64,000 nucleotides of DNA. Source: Bacteriovoracia bacterium. Lineage in GTDB: Bacteria > Bdellovibrionota > UBA1018 > JBFWNL01. The position numbers and the translations under genes were made by a program. The stretch is taken from assembly GCA_050251055.1 (NCBI GenBank), contig JBFWNL010000004.1:32001-96000 (forward strand), in the 5' to 3' direction. The notes below the pieces were generated by a model that saw only the letters and a program-made list of their open reading frames with translations, was not told where the DNA came from and ran no database searches. This document shows, in pieces, positions 18,588 to 26,713 of this stretch; the stretch's first letter is position 1, and each line of letters starts with the position of its first letter.

Positions 18588-19220
18588 CTAACGACCGGAT
18601 GGTGCTTCGACCCCCGTCAAAGCATTCACCGCGGCCATGGCAGCCTTGGCTGCCTCATCGATATCCGCTTCTTTTCCTACCAACGTTAAACGTCCAAAGG
18701 CACCGAACGCGCGCACGTCCACCAACGTTACGTCGGCGGCTTTTTCGGCTTCGTTGGCGGCATACACGATGTAGCCGGCCGGTTCGGTTTCCAAGATAAA
18801 CATGCTCATGCCGGGAAGGATCATGGATCCCTTGCGGCCCTGGCGGTTGATCACGACCGCATGATCGGGCGTGATCGAACGGATGGTTTCGTTCCAGGCG
18901 ATCTTGCACTTCTGGCGCGAATCGACGGTCGCTTCCAAAACGTTCAGTACGCTTTGTCCGGCCTGCAGCACTTCGCCTTGATCTTGATGGTGGACTTCGA
19001 GGCTACCGAACGCGCGCTCGACCACCTGCTGTCCCAGGCGAGCTTCGGTGGCCTTAAGCGCCACGTCGGTCAGGCGGTGAATCGCCATACCCGGCGCGAC
19101 TTCGATCCATAAACACGCGTCGCCAGGAATAGGCAGGAACCCTTGCGCGGTCGTGCCCAGGTACTCGGCCAGCTGCGGCTGAAGCGAGTCCATAAATACA
19201 TAAGTTCTGAGTTTGATCAT
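18588..19220 (-). CDS. BMC-T circularly permuted, double-stacking type shell protein (similar to H. ochraceum T2/T3, CcmP-like)
   Basis: [15 protein letters not shown]...WIEVAPG...[17 protein letters not shown]...[19 protein letters not shown]...GAFGRL. Confidence 0.92.
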   Translation of the reverse strand: MIKLRTYVFMDSLQPQLAEYLGTTAQGFLPIPGDACLWIEVAPGMAIHRLTDVALKATEARLGQQVVERAFGSLEVHHQDQGEVLQAGQSVLNVLEATVDSRQKCKIAWNETIRSITPDHAVVINRQGRKGSMILPGMSMFILETEPAGYIVYAANEAEKAADVTLVDVRAFGAFGRLTLVGKEADIDEAAKAAMAAVNALTGVEAPSGR

Positions 19221-19252
19221 GAACTTCCCCCTCTGAAATTCGGACTGCTGGC

Positions 19253-19281
19253 GAGATAACGCGCTTGAAACAGGGAGTCAA
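19253..19281 (-). promoter_or_regulatory. Candidate sigma70 promoter of the BMC operon
   Basis: TTGACT-N17-TATCTC on the minus strand about 30 nt upstream of the 19220 start. Confidence 0.45.
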
Positions 19282-19380
19282 GCACACCGCGTTTTTTTCC
19301 TTTGATAACGCATAGCTTCATAAAACGAATCACACATTTGACTCACTGCAGCGTTTGGAATCATGCGATAATCAGAGCCA

Positions 19381-20961
19381 GTGAAGACCAAGCGCGTTAT
19401 CACATCATCTATACTGGCGGTCCTGAGCCTTAGCTTGGGCGTATCCATCCCCATGGAAACCCGAGCCGAGCCCCCCATCCTGCGGGTTTCCATTGAAAAT
19501 GAACCCTCGACTCTCGACTGGCAGGAAGCACGCTCCGCGACCGATCGCTTTCTGGTTTCGTTCATCATGCGCGGGCTCTTGAAATACGATGCCGCCGGAA
19601 AGCCCGTTTGCGACCTTTGCCGGGAGTATTCGGTATCCAAAGATGCTCGCACTTACACCTTTCAGCTCGACCCGAAAGCGAAGTGGTCCGACGACGCCGC
19701 GGTCGAAGCCCAGCAGTTCGTGGATTCGTTTCGGCGCCTGCTCGATCCGGCCAACTCGTTTGCCTCGGCGGAGCCGTTTCGTATCATCAATGGCGCAGGT
19801 AATGGCGTGGGTGCGGCGGGTGGCGCGCGCGCGAAGTTCGTCGCGGCGAACCTGCAGGTGAAAGCGATTTCGAAATCGACGCTCGAGATCGGGCTGAGCC
19901 AGCCGTCCAACGAGTTCACCCACCTGCTCACGCAGCCGGCGGCCTATCCCGTTCGCAAGGAGTTCACCCCATCGGCAGAAAAAGATTCGGGCGTCGCGAT
20001 GGCGACGCAAGCGACGCTCGGGCCTTATTTCCTAGGGGCATGGGAACACGGCAAGCGGCTGGTGATCGAAGGCAATCCCGCGTTTCCCATCGGAAGGCCG
20101 GTGTACCGGGTGGAATTCATCCTGGGCACCCACGCGGATTTGATCGCGCAATTCGAAAAGGAACGCATCGACATTCTCTCGAATCCCACCACGGAAGACA
20201 TGCTGAAATTCCGTACCCGTAAAATCCAGGTGAGCCCATACTGGGCGACCCGGAACCTCGTCTTCAATTTCCAGCGGCCCGCGAGCGCCGATGCGAGCGT
20301 GCGTAAGGCGATCTTGCACGCGCTCGACCGGGACAGTCTCCCGGGCTTCCTGAAAAACGGCGACCGCCGCGCCACCGGCGTCATCCCGCCGGGCATGGCG
20401 GGGCACCGCAAACTCCCGCTCGTGACGGCCGACGCGGGTATCGCGAAAAGCGAGCGGGATCGCGCCTCGGCGACGGGAAAAAAACAAATCGAGTTGGAGC
20501 TTCTGATTCGCGACACCGACGTAGACAAGAAAGTTGCCGAATGGTTGTCCCAGACCCTCGGAAAGGTTTCGATCAAGGTGGTGCCCAAACCGCGAAAGGT
20601 GAAAGCCTACTACCAGGATCTCGAGCGCGGCCAATTCGACCTGGCGCTCATGGTCTGGATGTTCAACGCCGCGACCCCGACGGATCTCCTGCGCTCCTTC
20701 CGCACGGGCGACCCCCAAAATATCGGCGGCTGGACAAACGTGGCGTTTGACGCGCTGCTAGGCCAACTCCAGGCGGAGAATCTTCCTCTCCAGCGCGAAA
20801 AAATCCTCGATCAGCTCACCCAAATCCTGGAAGTCCAGCAAGTCGCGGCGATCCCTTTGGGCTACCCGACTAATCCATTCTTACTGGGCCGCCGGGTCAA
20901 TAGCTTCGCCATGACTCCCTTCGGGGATCCCGACCTCGTTAAAACCGAGCTGAAAAAATAG
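19381..20961 (+). CDS. Peptide ABC transporter substrate-binding protein (OppA, SBP family 5), no permease nearby
   Basis: Signal peptide, EPSTLD, GLLKYD, YTFQL...KWSD...V.A..FV.SFRRLLDP, LGPY, VRKAI..ALDR. Confidence 0.85.
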   Translation: MKTKRVITSSILAVLSLSLGVSIPMETRAEPPILRVSIENEPSTLDWQEARSATDRFLVSFIMRGLLKYDAAGKPVCDLCREYSVSKDARTYTFQLDPKAKWSDDAAVEAQQFVDSFRRLLDPANSFASAEPFRIINGAGNGVGAAGGARAKFVAANLQVKAISKSTLEIGLSQPSNEFTHLLTQPAAYPVRKEFTPSAEKDSGVAMATQATLGPYFLGAWEHGKRLVIEGNPAFPIGRPVYRVEFILGTHADLIAQFEKERIDILSNPTTEDMLKFRTRKIQVSPYWATRNLVFNFQRPASADASVRKAILHALDRDSLPGFLKNGDRRATGVIPPGMAGHRKLPLVTADAGIAKSERDRASATGKKQIELELLIRDTDVDKKVAEWLSQTLGKVSIKVVPKPRKVKAYYQDLERGQFDLALMVWMFNAATPTDLLRSFRTGDPQNIGGWTNVAFDALLGQLQAENLPLQREKILDQLTQILEVQQVAAIPLGYPTNPFLLGRRVNSFAMTPFGDPDLVKTELKK

Positions 20962-21023
20962 CGCACCGTGGACAAAGCGAACCCTTTCGGCTAAAAACTA
21001 ATTCACCATTGAATTCTTAGTGT

Positions 21024-21098
21024 TCAGGAGTAGCTCAGTGGTAGAGCAGCCGGCTGTTAACCGGCTGGTCGGGGGTTCAAATCCCTCCTCCTGAGCCA
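21024..21098 (+). tRNA. tRNA-Asn (GTT)
   Basis: TCAGGAG/CTCCTGA acceptor stem, D-loop AGTGGTA, anticodon loop CTGTTAA, GGTTCAAATCC T arm, encoded CCA. Confidence 0.97.
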
Positions 21099-21123
21099 TA
21101 TTTTTCCCCTCTTTTAAATCCAA

Positions 21124-21195
21124 GCCAGATCAGGGACGCCCATCCATGGGCTTGACCCTTTTTTCCCTTCCGAGGCCGGGACACCCTGACCTGGC
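21124..21195 (+). repeat. Structured repeat copy 1 (core GGGACGCCCATCCATGGGCTTGAC) downstream of tRNA-Asn
   Basis: Core 21133-21156 is 23/24 identical to the reverse complement of 52440-52463; closed by a GCCAG-A-TCAGGG / CCCTGA-C-CTGGC stem. Confidence 0.7.
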
Positions 21196-21202
21196 CCATA
21201 GC

Positions 21203-24200
21203 TCAGAATGGGACCTTATCGGAATCTTTTTGCCGTTTTTCTTCAGAAAGCCGACCTCTTCCTTTTGGTTGAAGTCCCTTCACTTTCATCCATTTCAGGG
21301 TCTTAAACAGATCTTCTTTCGAAAACTTTTTCTTGCCCTTATCCCACTGATAAAATCGCCTGACGATCTCTTCGTCTGTCGGAGACCGCTTCAAAAGCAA
21401 AATATCGTTCCAACAAGCATACAAAGTTGCGACGGCCTCTGAATGTTCGGTTGTCAACGGCCTAAATAGCTTTATTAACCTTTCAATCGCAGAGATTCGC
21501 CTTCCGAAAGCAATCGGAGCTCGCTTCGCCCAATCATTGGTTTTCTCAGAAGGGGTAATTCGCATAAAGCGAAAATGCTTCCCATTACGCTTAAAAACTA
21601 TTTCCGTAATTTTACCTAAATCGCTACTTTTTCCGTTTGGGAAGAGACCAATTTTGGAATTGTAAAGGAGCTTAGAATCTACGGGACCGGCCACGTCTTT
21701 TACGTAATTCGCATTAAGCCCCAGATCGCAATCTTGGTCGGCAATATATATTATTTTTGCTAGTTTTACTGCGCCGAGGTTTTCATCGTTTGAAAGCTTC
21801 GATACTACTAAGCCTGTGAGCGACTTCCGCTTTTCCAGCACCCGTTCAAACCAAGTCTGTTTGCCTGGTTTCCATTCGATAGTTTTGACGGATTGCTTCT
21901 TTTGCTCGAAATAGTTGAGACCATTCTTAGCGACAAGGAAGGCGAGGAATTCCGACTTTACAACCCTTAAATAGGCCGCTAGCTTTTCAAGGAGCCCAAG
22001 AAGTTCAGTATCATTTGTTTCTTCCGCATGCTCCCTGATTTGAACTAGACCTGCCCCAACCGTCAGCTTTGAGTTTTCTGAAAGTAAATATGGCCTAGAG
22101 TAGTTTGGGGTAATCGCTTTCTTTGGATTAAAGCGGGCCTTCCAAGTTGCAAAGATTTTATTCGTTACTTTTATCAAATCCTTGACTGAAGGAGATGCAT
22201 CTCCACCAAAGTGGGGTGCAAGGTGCTTACTCCAGAAGGTGTCCTTATCGAGAGGAGACATCTGATTCTTCGATACAACCTCCGGAGCCCCCCTTACAGG
22301 ATTATTGAGAGGAAAAGTAACCTGAAGACAGTCATTTTCGGCAAAAGCGATCGAATAGATGTATTGGGATACAATTGCGCGATACTTTTCCGGAATCTCC
22401 GGAACCCACATCTCCTCCATATTTGCCCACATTGGGTAACCAAGCGCTCCAAAGGTACGACTCATCGAATACCAAAGAAACAATGAGAAGGCTATTTCTG
22501 GAGAGCTGGCGCAATATCCTCTATCGGGTATGCCAGACATGCAACGAGCCGTCCGAGTTTTCATAAAGCGGCTATCAAGATGAAACCAAATCTTATCTTT
22601 TTCGGTATCTTTTAAGAACGTGCGGCATGGAGTGAGGTTCAGCATAAAAGCAACATCCGTTCCCTTGCTATAACCAAAAGTGGTCTTCATTTTGTGACGT
22701 AAATCGCCGCTTGGAAGCCCCAGGTGAGTTGTACTGGTATCCTTCTTTTCGTCGTCTGACAGTGTCCGATACAAGTTACGCCTCGAGGTTCCAGCCCATT
22801 TGCCTGAAAATTTCGTGTTAGTTAGACCTAGAAGTTGCGTCGGCCCAGCCTTCAATATCGCGTCGCATTGGTTATTTAAAATATCTGGGTTTTCCCAGTT
22901 AATGGTGGCTAAATCCTTTTGTTTAAGATTGCAGAGATCAACTAGTGAAATCGGACGATCAGGGTTTAACCCGGCTGCCTTACCTTTATACCGCCACATT
23001 GTAAACGCGATTGGAAATTTACCAACACCTTCGAAAAACTCCGCACCGTTAATGAGGAACCCTCCGATATCTTCAAATGATCCGAAGAGCTCCTGGCGGA
23101 TCTTTTGAACAAGAGGCCGTTGAGTGAGCCAAGAGGTCTGGGTAAAAAGCAAGAGAAGCGAGTCCTCAGGAAGGCCACTATCGCCGGCGTAATCGCAAAT
23201 TAGCTTCATTTGGGCGAGGAAGCACAAGTATCTGTCAGAGCTCGCATCCTTTCCAACTACCTCGGTTATGTTTGCATCGACCTCATAGCTAATAGATTCA
23301 GCTGCCTGATCATCATCACTTCGGTAAGGCGGGTTGCAAAGAAAAGCGAGCGGCTTATCTGGTTTTTGATCTTTCTCAGCCAGATAGCTCTTAAGAATTT
23401 CAAGGTATTCTTCAGCTGAGTATTCGAGAAAATTCAGGCCCTTGTTTTCAGATACTTTTGGTACAACTGTAAATTTCCCTTCATGCCATTGATCTCCCTT
23501 CATTCGTTGTTCAATTGCAAAAAGGAGCTCTGGTTCTATTTCACTCACCACCTTATGTCGAATCTCAAGAGGAGAGCGCCAGTTTGTGACTAGATTCCCG
23601 CTTCCGCATGCAGGATCAATAACTAGGTAATTTTTTCCGAGATTGGGAATATTCTTTTTAACCAACCACATGGCAAACTTAGATAGGTCAAGATCAGTAA
23701 AAAAGATGCCGTTTTTAACCCGAAAATCCTTATCCACTGCATCAAGTGCTTCGTCATACTTAGCAAAGAAATCGTCTATGTTCTCCTGGTCCCTTTTAAG
23801 TTGGACAGAGTGGTTTTCAACAAAATCTTTGAATTTGGAAATTTTGCTAGGGATAAGATCCGTAATCTCAGCAGAGCCTAGGGTAGCTCGGTCGTCGTAA
23901 CGCTGGCTTGGCCGCAAGACAGAGGAATCGTCCCATGGGCCATAAATCATACTGTAAAATGCTCTAACTGTTTTGATTGGGGCGGAAGAGGGGAAAAACT
24001 GCCGCATGTCCTTTAATATTTTGGTGAAATTTTTTGTATTAATAGATTGGCGGACTTTTTTCTTCGCTTGTAAACCCTTTTCAAAAACATCTATCGCGGT
24101 TGCGAAGTATCGAACATCAGAAGCAAATAGCTCAGTGAAAATCTCTGGCTTGTGCCAAACCGCATTCTCCAATATATATTTCTGCTTGCTTGCATATTTC

Positions 24201-24580
24201 TTAGCGAGCTTTTTTCCGATGGCATTTGGTGCGCCACTGCTTTTGTCGACTTCGTCGAGGAAGTATTGCGGAAGAGAATCCACTCGCCAGAAAGCAAGGA
24301 AGTGTTTTGCTGCGACGACAACTATTGAAAACGACAACCCTTTTGTGCGGTAAGCCAGCGCTTGAAATAGTCCAGCGTACCAATCCGATGTATCTCCCTT
24401 TAGCTCCAGCAAAAAGTGACCCGGAACATACCCGTCAGCATTTGCGGCGTCACTCTGCCGCACAAATGCGGGATCATAAAGCTCGCGAAAATAAGAAATA
24501 GCCAAATCTTCATTGCGTTCACTCGGCTGCATCAAATATTCGCGCAACTTATTTACGTGAGGTTTTAGTCCTTTAGCCAT
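21203..24580 (-). CDS. Type IIG-like restriction-modification enzyme (PD-(D/E)xK nuclease + amino-methyltransferase + TRD) with extra C-terminal domain
   Basis: ADGY...LLELK and QALAY at the N-terminus; GIFFT, VIDPACGSGNL, NPPY; GGAGG RBS before ATG 24580; visibly more AT-rich than the flanks. Confidence 0.75.
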   Translation of the reverse strand: MAKGLKPHVNKLREYLMQPSERNEDLAISYFRELYDPAFVRQSDAANADGYVPGHFLLELKGDTSDWYAGLFQALAYRTKGLSFSIVVVAAKHFLAFWRVDSLPQYFLDEVDKSSGAPNAIGKKLAKKYASKQKYILENAVWHKPEIFTELFASDVRYFATAIDVFEKGLQAKKKVRQSINTKNFTKILKDMRQFFPSSAPIKTVRAFYSMIYGPWDDSSVLRPSQRYDDRATLGSAEITDLIPSKISKFKDFVENHSVQLKRDQENIDDFFAKYDEALDAVDKDFRVKNGIFFTDLDLSKFAMWLVKKNIPNLGKNYLVIDPACGSGNLVTNWRSPLEIRHKVVSEIEPELLFAIEQRMKGDQWHEGKFTVVPKVSENKGLNFLEYSAEEYLEILKSYLAEKDQKPDKPLAFLCNPPYRSDDDQAAESISYEVDANITEVVGKDASSDRYLCFLAQMKLICDYAGDSGLPEDSLLLLFTQTSWLTQRPLVQKIRQELFGSFEDIGGFLINGAEFFEGVGKFPIAFTMWRYKGKAAGLNPDRPISLVDLCNLKQKDLATINWENPDILNNQCDAILKAGPTQLLGLTNTKFSGKWAGTSRRNLYRTLSDDEKKDTSTTHLGLPSGDLRHKMKTTFGYSKGTDVAFMLNLTPCRTFLKDTEKDKIWFHLDSRFMKTRTARCMSGIPDRGYCASSPEIAFSLFLWYSMSRTFGALGYPMWANMEEMWVPEIPEKYRAIVSQYIYSIAFAENDCLQVTFPLNNPVRGAPEVVSKNQMSPLDKDTFWSKHLAPHFGGDASPSVKDLIKVTNKIFATWKARFNPKKAITPNYSRPYLLSENSKLTVGAGLVQIREHAEETNDTELLGLLEKLAAYLRVVKSEFLAFLVAKNGLNYFEQKKQSVKTIEWKPGKQTWFERVLEKRKSLTGLVVSKLSNDENLGAVKLAKIIYIADQDCDLGLNANYVKDVAGPVDSKLLYNSKIGLFPNGKSSDLGKITEIVFKRNGKHFRFMRITPSEKTNDWAKRAPIAFGRRISAIERLIKLFRPLTTEHSEAVATLYACWNDILLLKRSPTDEEIVRRFYQWDKGKKKFSKEDLFKTLKWMKVKGLQPKGRGRLSEEKRQKDSDKVPF

Positions 24581-24681
24581 TCGGCACTCCTCCATGGGCG
24601 CAAACGTTGAAAGGTGAAACAGGAAGCGAGACACTAGAATGCCAATTAATATAATTGTAGTACGTAACATGCAGCTATTTC

Positions 24682-24749
24682 GATAGGCATGTTTTGCCTA
24701 CGGGGATGGCAAACGGAAAAAGCGGGTGAGGCTGATCGGCATGTTTTGC
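24682..24749. repeat. Direct repeat GATMGGCATGTTTTGC x2 in the divergent intergenic region
   Basis: 24682-24697 and 24734-24749, 15/16 identical, 52-bp spacing. Confidence 0.5.
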
Positions 24750-24927
24750 ACATTAGCAGGGATTAAAGGCCAGAGGCGGCGGCCTGCAGACTGCAGCACG
24801 ACCACGCGAGAACCGGAGGGCAAATTCTGACTTCCATTTCGAATACGGAAGTATCAACGAGATAAGAAATCTACTATTTTCGAAAGAATTGCCTTACTGC
24901 GACTAAGCTCAAAACCAAAGGATACCC

Positions 24928-25641
24928 ATGCTTTCAAAAATTATCGATGAAGCGAGAGAGTACACGCGGCCTATAGTAATTCTCTACCGAATGAAAGACG
25001 GAAGAGTTGAATCCAACATCGGAACATTTTTCCATATAGACGATCTAGGGCACATCTTGAGCGCAAGTCATATCTTTAAAAAAGGTTCTGAAGATCCCAT
25101 CATCGAAACTTCCCTAATCTTCGATGACCGGTATTCTGAAGCTCAATACGTCGCCGACGACCCCACAAACGACATAGTCTTAATAAAAATCAAAAACTAT
25201 AAGCCAGGCTCAATCAAAACCTTCCCAAAGTTTTTAAATAGCTTAGTTACTGAGCTGCCTCGTGGCACAACGTTAGTTCGTTTGGGATACCCGAGGGGTG
25301 AACCATACTCCCATATTCCAGCTACATGGGATGAAAAAGAGAAATGCTTTATTCTGGGGAAGAATGTTCGGGTCACCTGCTATCATAACGAAGGAACCGT
25401 GATTGACTACGTGGATCGCGAGAGCGATTTTCGCCTGATTGAGATAAGTTCTCCCGCACTAATGGGGCAGAGCGGTGGTCCTATATTAACGCACAAAGGA
25501 ATTGTAGTCGGTCTACAGTCGAGGAATACTGGATTTGGACTTCCCACAAAATCGGTTCTCGAGACAGGCCTAGCAATCTCGCATATTGCTATTGCTCGAT
25601 TCTTAGAAAAAATTCCAACCGTCCGACCAACTTGGGCTTGA
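24928..25641 (+). CDS. Trypsin-like (S1) serine protease, no signal peptide
   Basis: GTFF, SASHIF (His), DIVLIKI (Asp), LGYP, GQSGGPI (Ser); AAGGA RBS. Confidence 0.85.
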   Translation: MLSKIIDEAREYTRPIVILYRMKDGRVESNIGTFFHIDDLGHILSASHIFKKGSEDPIIETSLIFDDRYSEAQYVADDPTNDIVLIKIKNYKPGSIKTFPKFLNSLVTELPRGTTLVRLGYPRGEPYSHIPATWDEKEKCFILGKNVRVTCYHNEGTVIDYVDRESDFRLIEISSPALMGQSGGPILTHKGIVVGLQSRNTGFGLPTKSVLETGLAISHIAIARFLEKIPTVRPTWA

Positions 25642-25789
25642 AATTTTTGCTAGAAGAACTCCAAGATAGCGCGACGCAGCAATTAAGCGCGCTATGTACG
25701 GTAGCAACCGTACGTCCCCCGAAGAAATCGCGTACAAAAACTTCGCGGCCACATAGACAACCCCGTTCCCACCCAGTATATCCGCGCCC

Positions 25790-26641
25790 ATGAAAATCCA
25801 GCTCGCCGCCCTGTCTTTGTTCGCGTTCCCCATCGCTTCCGCGCCCGCGGCCGACTCAATACCCGAGCTACAAACCGAGATCACAAGTCTCCTCGCCCAG
25901 CCGGCCATTGCCGCAAAGATCGCGCTCGAGAACGAAAAACTCGACCTGCAATGTGCGTCGCTTGGTGACCAAGAAGATGCGAAGCTAATCTTTCCGCTCG
26001 ACGAAAATAACTCTCTCCGCAATCACGCTGAAATCCTACCTGGCATTCGCCGTTTCGAAATGCCAACGCTCGAGGCTTTGCAACTCGCTCACGCGCAAGG
26101 CCACTGCGACGTCGCCATATCCCTCAATAAGGAATGCCTGATGGCTCAGTTTGATACGAATGGCGATGGGGCGTTCAGCCCCTCGGAAGCGGAGATCGCG
26201 AACCAAAAGCTCCTCGCTTACGGCGCTTCCCCGGAGATCATTCGGGATCTACTCGAGTTCTATGCCCGCAACGGAAAAATCTGTCTGTCACCTAGGTCGA
26301 ATCCTTGGCACCAAGTTCTTCCGGCCAAAGAACCCGAAGAAGGAATTGATCAAGTCTTTGCCGCACTCGAAATCATCATTGAATCAAAACGGGCTAAAAA
26401 AACCGTTTGCTTTCACTGTGCCTACGGTAAGCATCGCACCGGATTAGTCGCCGCGCTGATCGAACTCGCGCGGGCGCCGAACCTTGACTCGGCAACCTTC
26501 GCCACCACGTATCGCCGATATTTAAAGCATGCTTGGTTCTCCGATTGCGCAAGTCGCATACAGACGCTCGAAATCATTCCTACAATCGTGGAAAGTCGGC
26601 CGTTTCAGAACTTCAGAGCGCGAGTGATGTCCGGGATCTAG
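25790..26641 (+). CDS. Secreted protein-tyrosine/dual-specificity phosphatase family protein with EF-hand-like loop
   Basis: Signal peptide; FHCAYGKHRTG (CX5R); DTNGDGAFSPSE. Confidence 0.75.
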   Translation: MKIQLAALSLFAFPIASAPAADSIPELQTEITSLLAQPAIAAKIALENEKLDLQCASLGDQEDAKLIFPLDENNSLRNHAEILPGIRRFEMPTLEALQLAHAQGHCDVAISLNKECLMAQFDTNGDGAFSPSEAEIANQKLLAYGASPEIIRDLLEFYARNGKICLSPRSNPWHQVLPAKEPEEGIDQVFAALEIIIESKRAKKTVCFHCAYGKHRTGLVAALIELARAPNLDSATFATTYRRYLKHAWFSDCASRIQTLEIIPTIVESRPFQNFRARVMSGI

Positions 26642-26713
26642 GAAATCCGGCTTCACCTAGCGGAGCCCGCCCAAGACAAGCGGGCCCCAAACCCAGTTCC
26701 TCCCTCCCGTAAA

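Noticed and set aside
21146-21442. 98-aa plus-strand ORF after tRNA-Asn
   Set aside because: Starts inside the structured repeat, overlaps the RM-like gene antisense, no RBS or motif
24700-24760. GGCAAAC...GAAA resembling a c-di-GMP-I riboswitch; GGCATGTTTTGC resembling a sigma54 site
   Set aside because: Riboswitch P2 stem and downstream GACGCAAA are missing; GG-GC spacing is 8 rather than 10
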